Below, piece after piece: positions 9,489-20,388 of a stretch of DNA of 64,000 bases. Location: the NCBI GenBank assembly GCA_963845185.1, contig CAWJRG010000010.1:608001-672000 (forward strand). The letters are read 5' to 3'. Within the stretch, counting starts at the first letter, position 1. Each line of letters opens with the position of its first letter. Below the pieces are notes generated by a model, which made no database searches, was not told where the DNA came from, and saw nothing but the letters and a program-made list of their open reading frames with translations. The translations under genes and the position numbers were made by a program. This stretch comes from an uncultured bacterium (GTDB lineage Bacteria; Oederibacteriota; PGYV01; CAWJRG01).

Positions 9489-10817
9489 CTACTGTGTCTG
9501 GACAGGCTGGTTTGTCTGGTCTTCTTCAGAAGTTCCGGGATTATAAGGATTGCCATTGCTGTCAAACATATCAAAAGAACCGTCATTGAGCCTTAAGACC
9601 ATTTCAAGAGGCCTTCCGTTGTTTGAATTCGAAAACAATACATCCTGCACGCCTGAAGCAAGGTACACCGGGTTAAATGCCGGCGGGTTTGCCGTGTCAT
9701 ACAGGAAAGCATCCTGGGTATCAGCAATCACTTTTACTACCCGGGTATTATCCGGGCTTGTGAAAGTCTGCATATCGGTACTGTCCGGCACGGTCACTGC
9801 AACATTGTCCTCTGCCGAGTTGACCGGTATATAAAAGGCATTGTCATAACAGTACAGGTCCCCTACGTGATAAGGGTCCTGCCACCACCAGAAACCGTCG
9901 TTCCAGAAGCACCAGCGGTCGTAATCCGCATCATACCACCACCAGCGGTTGTTGAAATACCGTGTCCAGAAATAATTGCTGCCCACATACCAGCCGTACC
10001 AGTGGTAGCCCCAGTTGTCTATGTAGTGGCAATAATTGAAATTATCATCCTTATGCCAGTAGTAATGGCCTGTGTCTGTCTCGGTTTTATTAAATCCGTT
10101 AATCTTGCCCTGCCAGTCACTGCTACTAACCAGGGACATTTGTGTCCGGACAACGCTGTCGTTAAAATGCCTGTAAGAAACCGCTGCAACTTTAAGCGGC
10201 TGGTTGTCAACGCCTGTTTTTGGATAGCCGACTATTGAATGCTCCCTGTCTGTATGGATAACCTCTTCCCTGTTTGTAATATAACCCGGCTCTACTGTCA
10301 CTCCGAGTTTCTGCAATTTTTTACGCACATAATTCGGTTCATAAGGGTGATGGTGTATCACGCTTGTGGCTTTAATCCCTGAAGTATTGACAATCGGCAT
10401 TTGATTTATCACGCCGATATTTTTAATTTCATTTGGGTAATTGTTTACTTGAGGGGCCACGGCCTGCTGCTGTACCTGCGGTTTGGTCTGTACAGGCGGC
10501 TTGTTTTGGACAAAAGGTTTGGTCTCGTTTGCCGGCGGCAATTGCAGTCTGCTGTAAGTCAATGCCTGATTTTCCTGCTGCTGTACAGGCTGCTGTTGCT
10601 GCTGCGGCTGCTGCGATGGAAAATTCCGGTTATGCCCGCCGCTTGATGGGTGGCTTATATTAATTACCACCTGTTGGTGTATTGTGTTGGCCTGTACCGA
10701 GGGCGGGGGCGCTTCCTTTTTATCTTTATCTTCCTGCAAGTCGCGCTGGTCCCGTGCCATGACATACAAGGCAGATACCAAAATTACCGTTAGAACCAAT
10801 ATTGTCAAACGTTTCAT
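9489..10817 (-). CDS. Hypothetical secreted protein with Gln/Pro-rich linker and Trp/Tyr-rich segment
   Basis: GAGGTG then MKRLTILVLTVILVSALYVMA signal peptide; no family recognised. Confidence 0.7.
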   Translation of the reverse strand: MKRLTILVLTVILVSALYVMARDQRDLQEDKDKKEAPPPSVQANTIHQQVVINISHPSSGGHNRNFPSQQPQQQQQPVQQQENQALTYSRLQLPPANETKPFVQNKPPVQTKPQVQQQAVAPQVNNYPNEIKNIGVINQMPIVNTSGIKATSVIHHHPYEPNYVRKKLQKLGVTVEPGYITNREEVIHTDREHSIVGYPKTGVDNQPLKVAAVSYRHFNDSVVRTQMSLVSSSDWQGKINGFNKTETDTGHYYWHKDDNFNYCHYIDNWGYHWYGWYVGSNYFWTRYFNNRWWWYDADYDRWCFWNDGFWWWQDPYHVGDLYCYDNAFYIPVNSAEDNVAVTVPDSTDMQTFTSPDNTRVVKVIADTQDAFLYDTANPPAFNPVYLASGVQDVLFSNSNNGRPLEMVLRLNDGSFDMFDSNGNPYNPGTSEEDQTNQPVQTQ

Positions 10818-10937
10818 GCTTTCACCTCGCTTAATTTTTATTTGGCTTCCCGCATTCAAAATATTAGACGATTAAATTCTTTATAAAGTTCATTCCCTAT
10901 TATTTAGTATTTATCAATAAATCCTTACAAATACTTC

Positions 10938-13233
10938 TTAAAACTCAGCCTCCAGCCCGAAATACATCAGCCTCGGCAAATTGTTGAGGATGCTTATAGT
11001 GCTGTAATCCGGTGAAAATATCAGCCCTTGCGGGTTTGCCCGGTTCAGCGCGTTAATTATTTCAAAATACAGGTTTAGTTTCCACCCCTCAAAGCGGAAT
11101 GAATAGTCCGTCCTCAGGTCAAAGCGCAGATAGTCATCGAGCCTCATATTATAAGTGTCTGAAAATTCAGGGTACCATATCCCGCCGTTTTGAAAACGGC
11201 CCATTAAACTCTGCTGAAGCGGGCCTGTGTTATAGCGCATTTTCCCGCTTATGCTCCATGCCGGAGTTATGTTATAACCCCCTACAAGGTTTACTATATT
11301 GGGCTGGTCATATTCATATAATGACCATAGCCCTGTATTAGGGTCAAGCCTCTGGGATTCCGACAAAGAATAGGATGCCCATGCAAAAAACCTGTCAGCG
11401 CGCTCCTGCAAAAAGAAATCCATTCCTTTTGCTATTCCAAAACCTTTATTGTTGTATGTTTCATTTGTATTAATGCTGGTAACGCTGGTTACAAGGTCAG
11501 TATATGTCTTGTAATAAACATCCATGCTGGCAATCAGGCTGTCTGAAAATTTCTTTTCCACGCCAAGCACCATGTGTTCGGCGATATTCGCGCTCAGGTT
11601 GGGATTTCCCAGTTCCGGGTTCAACTGCTCAGCGTTCGGGAACTGGCTGTAGTATCCCCACGCTGCTTTCCACTGCGTGCTGTCATCGTACTGGTATTCC
11701 AGCCGCATCCTTGGCATCACGGTGTCATGCGCCACGTCATCCCTCTTGTCATATCTCACACCAGGTATAAATGCCCATTGCTTGTTTATCTGGATTTTAT
11801 CCTGTAGGTAAACCCCGCGGTCATAAAGCGCGGAGGTTACAGTCACGCCGGTTAGGTCCGCATATGTTTCGGTGTTGGATGAATAATATTTAAAATTATA
11901 TTCGTTGTCGCTTTCGTCTATTATTCCCAGATTTCCGCCGAAGCCAATTTCATTTTTCATCCCGAGCAGCTCGCCGATGTCCCATACAGCCTCTTCTTTT
12001 ATCCCTAAATAATTTTCACCGGCAGTTTGGTCAGTCGCACCCGTGATATTTTTTTCTTCTGTCCAGTAATAATAAGGGGTCAGCGTCGATATTATTCCCT
12101 GCAAAGAAGTGTTTACCCAGCTCATGCCGCTTGTAAACCCGAAACTGTTAAAGCTGTAATTCCCGGCAAAAGCCGGGTTATTTACCTCATCCGCGGTCTG
12201 GTTCATGCTCATAAAATCGTCGCTGCTCTGCACCAGGCCCTTGAAATGGTTGTTCGGTCCAAGTGAAAAATCAAGCGTGCCTGCCACGTCCCAGAATGCC
12301 GGCACCACGGTAAACCCCATGCTGTCAAGGTATCCTTTAAGCAGCAGGTCTATGTAACTGCGCCTGCCTGCAGAGCGTGAAAGAAGCGTCGCCTATGCCA
12401 AGCGGCCCCTCAAGTAGTGCCTGTGACATTATCATGTTTATATCAGCTGTTACATGAAGCCTGTCCTTTCTGCCGGTTATTGTCTGGGCATTCAGGACAG
12501 ATCCCATGCAGTCGCCCCATTTGACTCCGAAACCCGCGGCATTCAGGTCAACTGAAGAAAGGAGGTCTGAATCCACGGTTGCCAGCATGCCGAAAAAATG
12601 GAACGGCGTGGGCCACGGTATATTGTTGAGAAGGTACAGGTTGTCATCAGGCCCGCCGCCCTGTACAACCAGCTGTCCGGAAAAGTCGTTCGGAGCTGCC
12701 ACTCCCGGCAGGCTTTGCACTGCCCTTAATGCGTCCCCGCCGTTGCCCGGAGTTTTCTTTATTTCCTCCTTGTTTACCGTGCTCTCGACTACATGGTCGG
12801 TATCTTTTTTCCCTTTTATGACAACCGCGTTCGAAGTAAAGTCCACTTTCTCAAGGTGTACGTCCAGCTCCAGGTCCTGCCCTGCCTTGACTGTAATATT
12901 TTTTGTCTTCTCCGCGTAACCGTCCGCTGTAAATACAAGCTTGCTGTCGCCTGCAGGAAGCTTAATTGCGTAGTGCCCTTTCGCGTCGCTTTCCGCTGTC
13001 AGGCTTGTCCCTTTTACCTGCACAAGCGCGTATTCCACAGTATCCGGCGAGCCCAGCTCAAACGTCCTGCCGTGGACACTGCCATATGCTGTCAGCGTGC
13101 CTGCTGCCGCATCTCCAGATACAGGGGTTATTGTGTTAGCGGCCGGGCCGTCTGCCGCGCGGATGCAAAAAGGCAGGCTGATAAGCCAGATGAATACTAT
13201 TGTTTTAAAAAATAATCCTGTATTTATTTTCAT
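10938..13233 (-). CDS. TonB-dependent receptor (carboxypeptidase-regulatory-like N-domain + plug + barrel), frameshifted near 12375
   Basis: Plug motifs (LRAVQSLPGV, GGGPDDNLYLL) in 12337-13233; barrel ending ...MYFGLEAEF in 10938-12320; the alternative frame reads AGRRSYIDLLLKGYLDSMGF across the junction. Confidence 0.85.
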
Positions 13234-13254
13234 TATTATCTCCAATTCATTAAA

Positions 13255-13377
13255 GTGGAACCCCGCCGACTGAAGTCGGCGGCTCCTCTAAAACCCACCG
13301 GAGGTTATAAAGAGTTCCCTCCGGAAAGGTATCATTCATCCCACCAACTGAAGTTGGGGGATTTCTTTCTGGATTAA
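13255..13377. mobile_element. Non-autonomous IS200/IS605-like miniature element (two terminal hairpins, no ORF), copy 1
   Basis: Hairpins CCGCCGACT-GA-AGTCGGCGG (13263-13282) and CCCACCAACT-GA-AGTTGGGGG (13340-13360); a homologous copy lies at 41997-42092. Confidence 0.55.
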
Positions 13378-13392
13378 ATTTATCGGCATCTT

Positions 13393-15321
13393 CTACATGG
13401 GAAGACGCGCCAGGATCTGGTGGGCGACCGAGTTATCCGGTGAATCCTCCAGCACCCGTTCCATGCAAACCCTGGAAAAATCGTATTTCTTCATATAATA
13501 ATACATCGAGCCAAGGTTAACTTCAAACTCAAAATATTTCCCGCCTGTGTGGCGTATAGTTTCCAGGAACATGGCTTCAGCTGTCTCAAAATGGCTGTTG
13601 TAAAACTCGAACATGGCCATGGTGAACAGCCCGTCAGGATAGTCCTGCGTCCGGTAAAAGCCTTCCATCCATGTCTGGAAACCCGATGGAGAAAGCCTGA
13701 TGATCCGGTTGGCGTCATCTGCGATGCCAGTCGAGATTCCCCTTTCCTTCAACAAGGAGACGTCATCCAAAAACGGCACCTGTGGCGCGTAATCTTTCCT
13801 TAAATAAATTGCGAAATATTCGTCCAGATAAACCAGCCGCCAGTCAGTCATTTGCTTGAGAAAAAGGATCCATGTGGGAGCTGCAAAAGGGTTGAAAAAT
13901 ATAATGTCAGCCTTGTATTTTTCCGCCAGTTTCGCAAGCCCACCGGGATTAAATGAAGTCATGTATTCTTTAAAAAAGTCATCTCCCATGACCTCGGTAC
14001 GCCCGTCAATGAAAGTCTTTTGCGGCCCCTGCCAGTCCAGCCACCCGCCGGCATTCATCTGATTCAGGATAACCCCATTCAATTTGTCCTTAATGAGGAA
14101 GTCCACTGATTTTTGCGGCTGCTTTTCCAGGTCAATGCCTGCTCCAAAGCGGTCCTCCCTCCTGTCCGAGATGTAATAAGCATTAGTAATAACCCTTAAA
14201 CCAATTAATAAAATAAAAACACAAAGGAAAATCGGCACCCACTTCCTTACGGCAAGAAAATTTCCAGTTTTACGCCAGATTCCCCATTCCAAATCCTTCA
14301 GGCACTGTGCCATTATCGGAAGTGCCGCTATAAAAAAAAGCGGCACATTCTTGACTGCGGTGGCTGATAAATAAATAAAGGAAATTCCCAGGATAATTTC
14401 GTGTGCTTTTCGTTTTTTAAAAGTCGCGAGTATTAGAATCAGGCATATAACGCTGATGATTTTATAAGCGTTAAGCGCAATGCCCGGCGTAAAAAGATAA
14501 TAGCCGTTTGCATGCATGGCCCACGGCGACTGGAATTCGGCTATGTTTGCCTTGAGCACCGTGCCGTTCAGCCGGGTGAAAAGCTGCAAAGGGAAAAGCA
14601 CTCCCTTCAGAAAATACGGGTTCAGGAAGGAAGCTGCCGCGGATAATGCAGAATACTTCAACAGGCCTTTGTCCAGCCGCTTTTCATTGGCCCAGCCCGT
14701 CAAAAGAAAAGCTCCCATGGCAAGCCATCCTAAAATAAAAAGGCCGTGCATGTTGACCCAGGCCAGCTGGATCAATGGAAACAAAAAAAGAGGCATGGAT
14801 TTTTGCTTCAGCCGTTTTTCCAGCAGATAAAGCGTCAGGCCCAGCCAGAGATATGTGACGATTTCAGGCCGCACGATAAAGCGGGTTTCAGAGCCGAGTA
14901 TGGGGAAAAAAACAAGCGGGACTCCTATCCATAAAGGGATTCCGTTAAGCCGCAGCCTCAAGTGAAGGATGTAAAAAGCCAGAACCAAAAGCAAGGCGTT
15001 TGCCCAGGTTAAGATGGTATAACTTCCCAGCTTATAAAAAATATAAAGTATGATTTGATACAGCCAGTAAGTGTCCACGTAATCCCTGTTCACGGCAGTA
15101 TAAGTAAATGGGTCCTTAGCCGGGAAAGCGTGATGTTGAAGTATCCACTGCCCGCTTTTTAAATGATACCCAAGGTCAAAGTCTGAAATGAGACGGAGAG
15201 AAAAGATAAAAAGAAGTATAAAGCATGCAAAAAGCGGGAAAAACCATGGCCGTATTGTCCACCCTCTGCCAGCAGAGTCGGGTTTTTTGGGTAAAACGCT
15301 CGGGGGCGGAATGGTAGCCAA
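13393..15321 (-). CDS. Polytopic membrane protein, GT-C-like, with C-terminal TPR
   Basis: First loop DFDLGYHLKSGQWI, RPE, WVNMHG and FIDGR motifs; many TM helices; helical TPR-like C-terminus. Confidence 0.6.
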   Translation of the reverse strand: MATIPPPSVLPKKPDSAGRGWTIRPWFFPLFACFILLFIFSLRLISDFDLGYHLKSGQWILQHHAFPAKDPFTYTAVNRDYVDTYWLYQIILYIFYKLGSYTILTWANALLLVLAFYILHLRLRLNGIPLWIGVPLVFFPILGSETRFIVRPEIVTYLWLGLTLYLLEKRLKQKSMPLFLFPLIQLAWVNMHGLFILGWLAMGAFLLTGWANEKRLDKGLLKYSALSAAASFLNPYFLKGVLFPLQLFTRLNGTVLKANIAEFQSPWAMHANGYYLFTPGIALNAYKIISVICLILILATFKKRKAHEIILGISFIYLSATAVKNVPLFFIAALPIMAQCLKDLEWGIWRKTGNFLAVRKWVPIFLCVFILLIGLRVITNAYYISDRREDRFGAGIDLEKQPQKSVDFLIKDKLNGVILNQMNAGGWLDWQGPQKTFIDGRTEVMGDDFFKEYMTSFNPGGLAKLAEKYKADIIFFNPFAAPTWILFLKQMTDWRLVYLDEYFAIYLRKDYAPQVPFLDDVSLLKERGISTGIADDANRIIRLSPSGFQTWMEGFYRTQDYPDGLFTMAMFEFYNSHFETAEAMFLETIRHTGGKYFEFEVNLGSMYYYMKKYDFSRVCMERVLEDSPDNSVAHQILARLPM

Positions 15322-15323
15322 AG

Positions 15324-16280
15324 TCAGTCATTCCTCGCAAAGCGGAATCCGAAATAATTACTGTATTTATAATATGGGTAGCCCAGGTAATTACTGTCGC
15401 GGAATCCGACCTGGGTATGTTCTGCGCCAAGGACACAGCTGCCGCCCCTCATCACACGGCAGGTTCCGCTTGCAGGTCCCCTGTAATTTGTGGATTCTTT
15501 AGCATGGTAGTTATCGTACCAGTCCCAGCACCATTCAAATACATTGCCTGACATATCATAGATGCCAAAAGCGTTTGCTGTTTTGCCGCCCACATCCTGC
15601 GTAGAACCGGAATTCGCGTTATACCACGCCACAAGCCCGGTTGCCGCTGCGTTGGTGTAATCTGCTGTCGCGCCGCTGGCATAATTATATGGCGTCCAGT
15701 TAGTACCGTTAATATAGCTTGCCGTGTACTGGTATTCCCCCTCGGTCGGGAGCCTGTACCCGTTGGCACTCCAGTTGGCATAAGGATTGTCGCTGCTGCC
15801 TGGTGTTGTATCCATATTTTCTCCATGCATTCCTGCAGAACTCTTGATCACTGCGGTAAAACCTGCGTCCGAATAATACACAGGTATCAGCCCGGATTTC
15901 TGGCTGTATGCATTGCACCACACTATGGCATCCCTCCAGTTCACTGTTGTAACAGGCTGGTATTGTGCTGCGGTCGGCGCTGCTCCGGCTTTCCCTTTAT
16001 TTCCCTCTGTGCCTGCATTTTGAAAAGCATAACCGTTGGCAATGGCCCACTGGTATACCATGTACCATAAATAATATGTCACAGGATATTTTCCTATTTT
16101 AAAAGAAGAGATTGTGTGGATGAAACTGATTGTTCCGTTGGTCTGGGTAAATGTGCCTCCGGGAACGGTTGCAAGCGCAGAAGAATCAACTGCCGTGGTT
16201 GCTGTTTTTTTACTGCAATTTGTAATAAGAATGAATGCAGCAATAACTATTAAAACAAAAAGAAATACTGCTTTTTTCAT
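15324..16280 (-). CDS. Formylglycine-generating enzyme (SUMF1/FGE-sulfatase) domain lipoprotein
   Basis: Lipobox-like LITNC; RLPTEGEYQY, NAFGIYDMSGNVFEWCWD, RGGS, GFRF. Confidence 0.88.
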   Translation of the reverse strand: MKKAVFLFVLIVIAAFILITNCSKKTATTAVDSSALATVPGGTFTQTNGTISFIHTISSFKIGKYPVTYYLWYMVYQWAIANGYAFQNAGTEGNKGKAGAAPTAAQYQPVTTVNWRDAIVWCNAYSQKSGLIPVYYSDAGFTAVIKSSAGMHGENMDTTPGSSDNPYANWSANGYRLPTEGEYQYTASYINGTNWTPYNYASGATADYTNAAATGLVAWYNANSGSTQDVGGKTANAFGIYDMSGNVFEWCWDWYDNYHAKESTNYRGPASGTCRVMRGGSCVLGAEHTQVGFRDSNYLGYPYYKYSNYFGFRFARND

Positions 16281-16294
16281 TTCTATTACTCCCT

Positions 16295-16341
16295 ATGATA
16301 GCGTTTGTTTTATTGAGCCGTCAACAGGCAATGACAAAGCA
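16295..16341 (-). repeat. Two-hairpin leader motif, copy E (RBS-proximal hairpin only)
   Basis: Shares CCTATGATAGCGTTT with the 53 kb copy and AGCCGTCAACAGGC with the 25.2 kb copy; abuts the RBS of the 16280 gene. Confidence 0.75.
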
Positions 16342-16503
16342 CAAAGTACTAATAAATCATATATCCACCCTGTGTATTTTGTCAATCTTCAAATTTTCCG
16401 GACTTTTAGCGTAAGGCAAGTGAATGAGTGGGATAGAAAATAGAGGGTTTTAAAGCAGCACAACTGTGTTCAATGGCCTGCCGGCGCCTGTTATTCAGTA
16501 CTA

Positions 16504-17439
16504 TTATTGATTTGTTTGTCCTGGTCTTATTGTGTCAGTCGCGCCTTTTAGCATCCGGCCAAGAACGCCCAAATATTCTTTTAAATTAATATAAACCGAT
16601 TTTTCAGGCAAAGCAATTTCATGGGGAAAAGGCCTTGAATAAACCGAAGTCAGGGTGTGGTGCAGGACATGTTCCCTCGAATCGCCGTGCGTAAAGAACA
16701 GGAACAATTTTTCCGGCCATGCCGTATCCTTAAGGTTCCGCGCCCAGATATTTCTCTGGTCAAAGCTTCCGTCAACTATCAGGTTGCCGTGCTCTATCAT
16801 CTGCGAATGGTGTATTATAAAACTGTTCAGCCATATGCTGGCGATAAACGGGATTATTACCTGTTTCGCGCTCACTCCGAATGCCAGGTGCGATAATAAC
16901 CCTATACCTGCCAGGAATATTACTATGAATAAAAGCGATAGCAAAGCTTTCCATGCCTTGAATTTTTTCCCGTGCACAGGATGGCCAGGCATGACAAACT
17001 GGGCAAGGAGCGAAATAAAAATAATGCCTATGAATATCTCAAAAAAATTATAAACAGCCCTCAGGAACCTGTTTTTTATTTCGCCTACGGGGTGGAACTC
17101 TGTGTCATCCCATGTATGCACCTTTGAATGATGGAACCCGTGCACCGCGCGGTAAACCTGCGGGTCAGTGATGAGCATCCATGCGTACAGGTTATAAAAC
17201 AGGCCGTTCGGTACATTGGGCACGTATTTGTGCCATGTTTCATGCATCATGTAGCCTGCCCACGTAAAAAGGTATATACCCGGAAATACCATATACAGTA
17301 TAGACCAGTAGCCTGCTTTCGCGCACACCGCAGGCAGGAAAAACAAATAAGCAGGCCAGGCAAAAAGCACAAAATAAAATTTCCACGCCTGCGACCTTAT
17401 CCTTGCTTCAGTTATTGTATTTTCCATTATTTTCTCCAT
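16504..17439 (-). CDS. Membrane fatty acid desaturase-family (His-box) protein
   Basis: Three His boxes HETWH, HGFHH and HVLHH, with TM helices. Confidence 0.8.
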   Translation of the reverse strand: MEKIMENTITEARIRSQAWKFYFVLFAWPAYLFFLPAVCAKAGYWSILYMVFPGIYLFTWAGYMMHETWHKYVPNVPNGLFYNLYAWMLITDPQVYRAVHGFHHSKVHTWDDTEFHPVGEIKNRFLRAVYNFFEIFIGIIFISLLAQFVMPGHPVHGKKFKAWKALLSLLFIVIFLAGIGLLSHLAFGVSAKQVIIPFIASIWLNSFIIHHSQMIEHGNLIVDGSFDQRNIWARNLKDTAWPEKLFLFFTHGDSREHVLHHTLTSVYSRPFPHEIALPEKSVYINLKEYLGVLGRMLKGATDTIRPGQTNQ

Positions 17440-17532
17440 CTCAATATTGATGCGTTATTTAAAATAAGTTTACTTTTAATTAATGGTTTTTGTATCCCAA
17501 AATTCTCCATATAATTGACTTTTATCTATAGG

Positions 17533-17562
17533 TGTAGAGACGTTTTGCAAAACGTCTCTACA
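17533..17562. repeat. GTAG-type REP palindrome
   Basis: Perfect palindrome TGTAGAGACGTTTTGCAAAACGTCTCTACA, the form of RAYT-associated REPs. Confidence 0.75.
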
Positions 17563-17630
17563 TTTAATTATAATTTTTACCTAATTTTAGATTTGTCCGT
17601 GTGGTATTCATCTATTTTTAACCTTCCAAA

Positions 17631-17662
17631 TAAAAAAGCCCGGAGCTTATTACCACAGGCTT
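17631..17662 (-). terminator. Probable intrinsic terminator/attenuator
   Basis: Minus strand AAGCCTG...CGGGCTT imperfect stem followed by a T run. Confidence 0.45.
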
Positions 17663-17666
17663 ATTT

Positions 17667-17719
17667 GCTATCTCATACCTGCTCAAGTCCAAGGCTATAA
17701 CCAAGGGCAAGCGGTACTA
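17667..17719 (-). repeat. Two-hairpin leader motif, copy D (distal hairpin)
   Basis: TACCTGCTCAAGTCCAAGG...GGGCAAGCGGTACTA aligns with TACCCGCTCAAGTCCAAGG...GGACAAGTGGTACTA at 53215-53260. Confidence 0.75.
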
Positions 17720-17759
17720 TTTTTCATTTTGAATTCTATCAGTTTGTTACTTATTTATT

Positions 17760-18137
17760 TTACGCTTTGCCCACCATTAAATATATACTGATAAAAGCCG
17801 AGATGGCAGCCAGCACCGACAGCACTGCGTGTGTGATTTTTATCACATGATTCGCCGGCTTATCAAAACTTAATATTGCGCCTGTCGCGAACAGTCCCAG
17901 GAACAATATGGCTGTGACAACTATCGCGGTGATTATTGCACTGTTTACAGGCATGCCTTTGCTCATTCCCTTTATCACAATTACCATTAATACCACGGTT
18001 GCAAGCGCGATAAGTTTATGCACCGTTAATAATGCGGTGTCCAGCGGCTTGTCCATCCTGCTAAGCCATATGCCTGATACAATAGTAAGAATGAATAAAA
18101 TTCCCGTGCTTAAAATCCTGACGTCCATAAGTTTCAT
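17760..18137 (-). CDS. Hypothetical four-TM membrane protein
   Basis: GGAGG upstream of ATG 18137; four hydrophobic helices with His residues (VHKL, ITHA). Confidence 0.7.
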   Translation of the reverse strand: MKLMDVRILSTGILFILTIVSGIWLSRMDKPLDTALLTVHKLIALATVVLMVIVIKGMSKGMPVNSAIITAIVVTAILFLGLFATGAILSFDKPANHVIKITHAVLSVLAAISAFISIYLMVGKA

Positions 18138-18171
18138 AATCATCCTCCATTTTTTAATAGTATATTCAGGC

Positions 18172-18906
18172 TTACTTTGCTGCTGTACCCGCCGCCACAG
18201 GCTCCTTATCATATCCAAGTGCCTTGCGGATTTCAGCTTTTGATTTTTCAAAGTCAGCCTTGAATTCTCTGCTTTTGAACATGTCAGCCGCGATTAATGT
18301 CGCAGCTATCCTGCCTGCTTCGGCATCGCTGCGGTAATGCACGCCTCCGATAATCCTGTTCACTGCGAATGCCCAGCCGCGGTTGAAAATCTCGGCGCTT
18401 TTTTCCGGCAGCATGTTTGCCAGTATTATGGCCATGAGGTTACCAGCAGCAGAATGCCCGCTCGGGTATGCTGGGTTTACAGGCACCTTGACGCATGGTT
18501 TTACCCTGCTGTCATACACGCTCGGCCTCGGCCTTTTCCAGAAATCTTTTGCCGGGTCTGTTATGTCACGCTCATTGCTGATTAAGTTGTCAAAAAACTC
18601 GGCTGTAAACGGCTGTTTTTCTTTTGTAAAATTTTCTCCAAGTATGTCGCTGAACCTGAAAACAGTAATAGTCTGGTCCGCAATCGCGTAATCGACCATT
18701 TCCTTGGTCCTGTTTTTCTGAAAATCAAGTATTTCCTTTATTTCTTTTTTCGTCTGTATTGAATCCTGCGTAGGCGGCGGTGGCAGAAGCTTTGTCAGGT
18801 CAATGTCAGACGGCGCTATGTAAGTTTTCCCTTTAGCGTACAATACGCCTGCTGCCAGAATTAAGGCAACAGATAAAACCAGCACAATCTTTGAAAATCT
18901 TTTCAT
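18172..18906 (-). CDS. Class A non-specific acid phosphatase (PAP2 superfamily)
   Basis: KxxxxRPRP, YPSGH and RIIGGVHYRSD motifs; signal peptide. Confidence 0.92.
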   Translation of the reverse strand: MKRFSKIVLVLSVALILAAGVLYAKGKTYIAPSDIDLTKLLPPPPTQDSIQTKKEIKEILDFQKNRTKEMVDYAIADQTITVFRFSDILGENFTKEKQPFTAEFFDNLISNERDITDPAKDFWKRPRPSVYDSRVKPCVKVPVNPAYPSGHSAAGNLMAIILANMLPEKSAEIFNRGWAFAVNRIIGGVHYRSDAEAGRIAATLIAADMFKSREFKADFEKSKAEIRKALGYDKEPVAAGTAAK

Positions 18907-18993
18907 GTCTATTCCTCCTTTGTTTATTTACTCCGGACTCAGGACAAAATTTATATTATTTCTGTTATAAAAGAGTTAAAAAAATAATAAGTT

Positions 18994-20388
18994 TTAATAA
19001 TTACTAACGCATGAGCAGGCATAAAAGTCCTGGAAATCCCTGCTTGTCAAAGCGCATTCATATACACGGCTTTTTTCTTTAATCAGCGAATACAGCGTGG
19101 GATTGCTTACCGTATAATATAGAAGGTATTTGTCCAGCTTATCGGCATCGACTGTCATGGACACAGTAAGCGAAAAAAGGCTCTCGGGCGTGTAGTCAAA
19201 GTATCTGTATGCGTCGCAAAACGTGTATTCTAAGGCCCATTTTGCCCTGGTTTGGGCGTCTTTTGCGCCGAACCCGGACAGGTAATACACGGCAGTGTCC
19301 TTTATATCCCCGTCATTTTTTATCAGCGCCAGTTCAAATGCCGGGTTGTTGCCGTGAACCGGGCTTATTGACGGGATAATGCATGTCAAAAGCGCAGGCC
19401 TGCCTGACGGTGAAAACACGCGGAAGTCGTCAAAATGGGAGTGCCCTGCAAACATATTTTTTAAAGCCTTAATGTGGGCTTTCAGGATTTTAAAAAATTT
19501 TTTGTTGTACTCGGGCGCAAGGAACCCGTCATCGCCCTTGCAGTTTTTGTCTTTTGCCGCAAGAAATGTGTCTATTCCCGGCGGTATGTGCATGGCAATG
19601 ATTGCCTTTTTCCCGTTTTTCTCATCCGAGGCAAGCTTGCTTGCCAGCCATTTCATCTCAATCTCGCCCGGGTTGTTATTTGCTTTTTTTGCCTGCCTGT
19701 AATTTTTATGCCAGAAAACGTCGTTTAAAACAATAAGCTCGTTGTTTTCCACACCTGGAAAAAGCAATTCGTAATAACCGCCTTTGTAAAAATCCGCAGC
19801 TGCCTGCCTGTCTGCCTTGACAGTATCAAAATAATCCGCCAAATTCTTTAGCATTGGGCCGCCGGGTACTATATTATAGTCTCCGTTATCAGAGTCGTTA
19901 TTGCCCATGACAAAATATATTGGCTTGCCGGGTAAAGCCTGCTTTATCATGTCTGCTATGAATTCTATGGTTTTTATTGCAAAGGACGGGCATGCGCCCG
20001 CTGCCAGGCCTGAAAGCCTGTATTTAGTCTCGAAATTATGGCATAAAAGGTCCCCGCCTATTATGGCAGAGTTGATGTCCGCGGACATTTGGCTTATTTC
20101 ATCTATTGCGGACAATAGCAGCCGGTAGTTTGTGTCTTTCATGTAGGCCGGGAAATCCCCCTGCTTCTGTTTTTCCAGTACTGCGCGCCATCCGCTTATC
20201 GGCGTTTTTTCAAGCTCTTTGGCAGCGCCGTCAACAAAAGGATCGAAATGTATGTCTGACAGGAGCAGAACAACAGTTTCTTTTTCTGTATTATTGGCTG
20301 TATTCCACGGCAGTTCAATGCCTGATGCTTTAAAGCATAAAGCAACAACAAGAATAAAAATCAATATAAATAATTTTATTTTTCTCAT
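18994..20388 (-). CDS. Secreted calcineurin-like metallophosphoesterase, acid sphingomyelinase-like
   Basis: SDIHFDP, GGDLLCH, GNND, MHIPPG, AGHSHFDDF, PSISPVHGNNP. Confidence 0.85.
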   Translation of the reverse strand: MRKIKLFILIFILVVALCFKASGIELPWNTANNTEKETVVLLLSDIHFDPFVDGAAKELEKTPISGWRAVLEKQKQGDFPAYMKDTNYRLLLSAIDEISQMSADINSAIIGGDLLCHNFETKYRLSGLAAGACPSFAIKTIEFIADMIKQALPGKPIYFVMGNNDSDNGDYNIVPGGPMLKNLADYFDTVKADRQAAADFYKGGYYELLFPGVENNELIVLNDVFWHKNYRQAKKANNNPGEIEMKWLASKLASDEKNGKKAIIAMHIPPGIDTFLAAKDKNCKGDDGFLAPEYNKKFFKILKAHIKALKNMFAGHSHFDDFRVFSPSGRPALLTCIIPSISPVHGNNPAFELALIKNDGDIKDTAVYYLSGFGAKDAQTRAKWALEYTFCDAYRYFDYTPESLFSLTVSMTVDADKLDKYLLYYTVSNPTLYSLIKEKSRVYECALTSRDFQDFYACSCVSNY

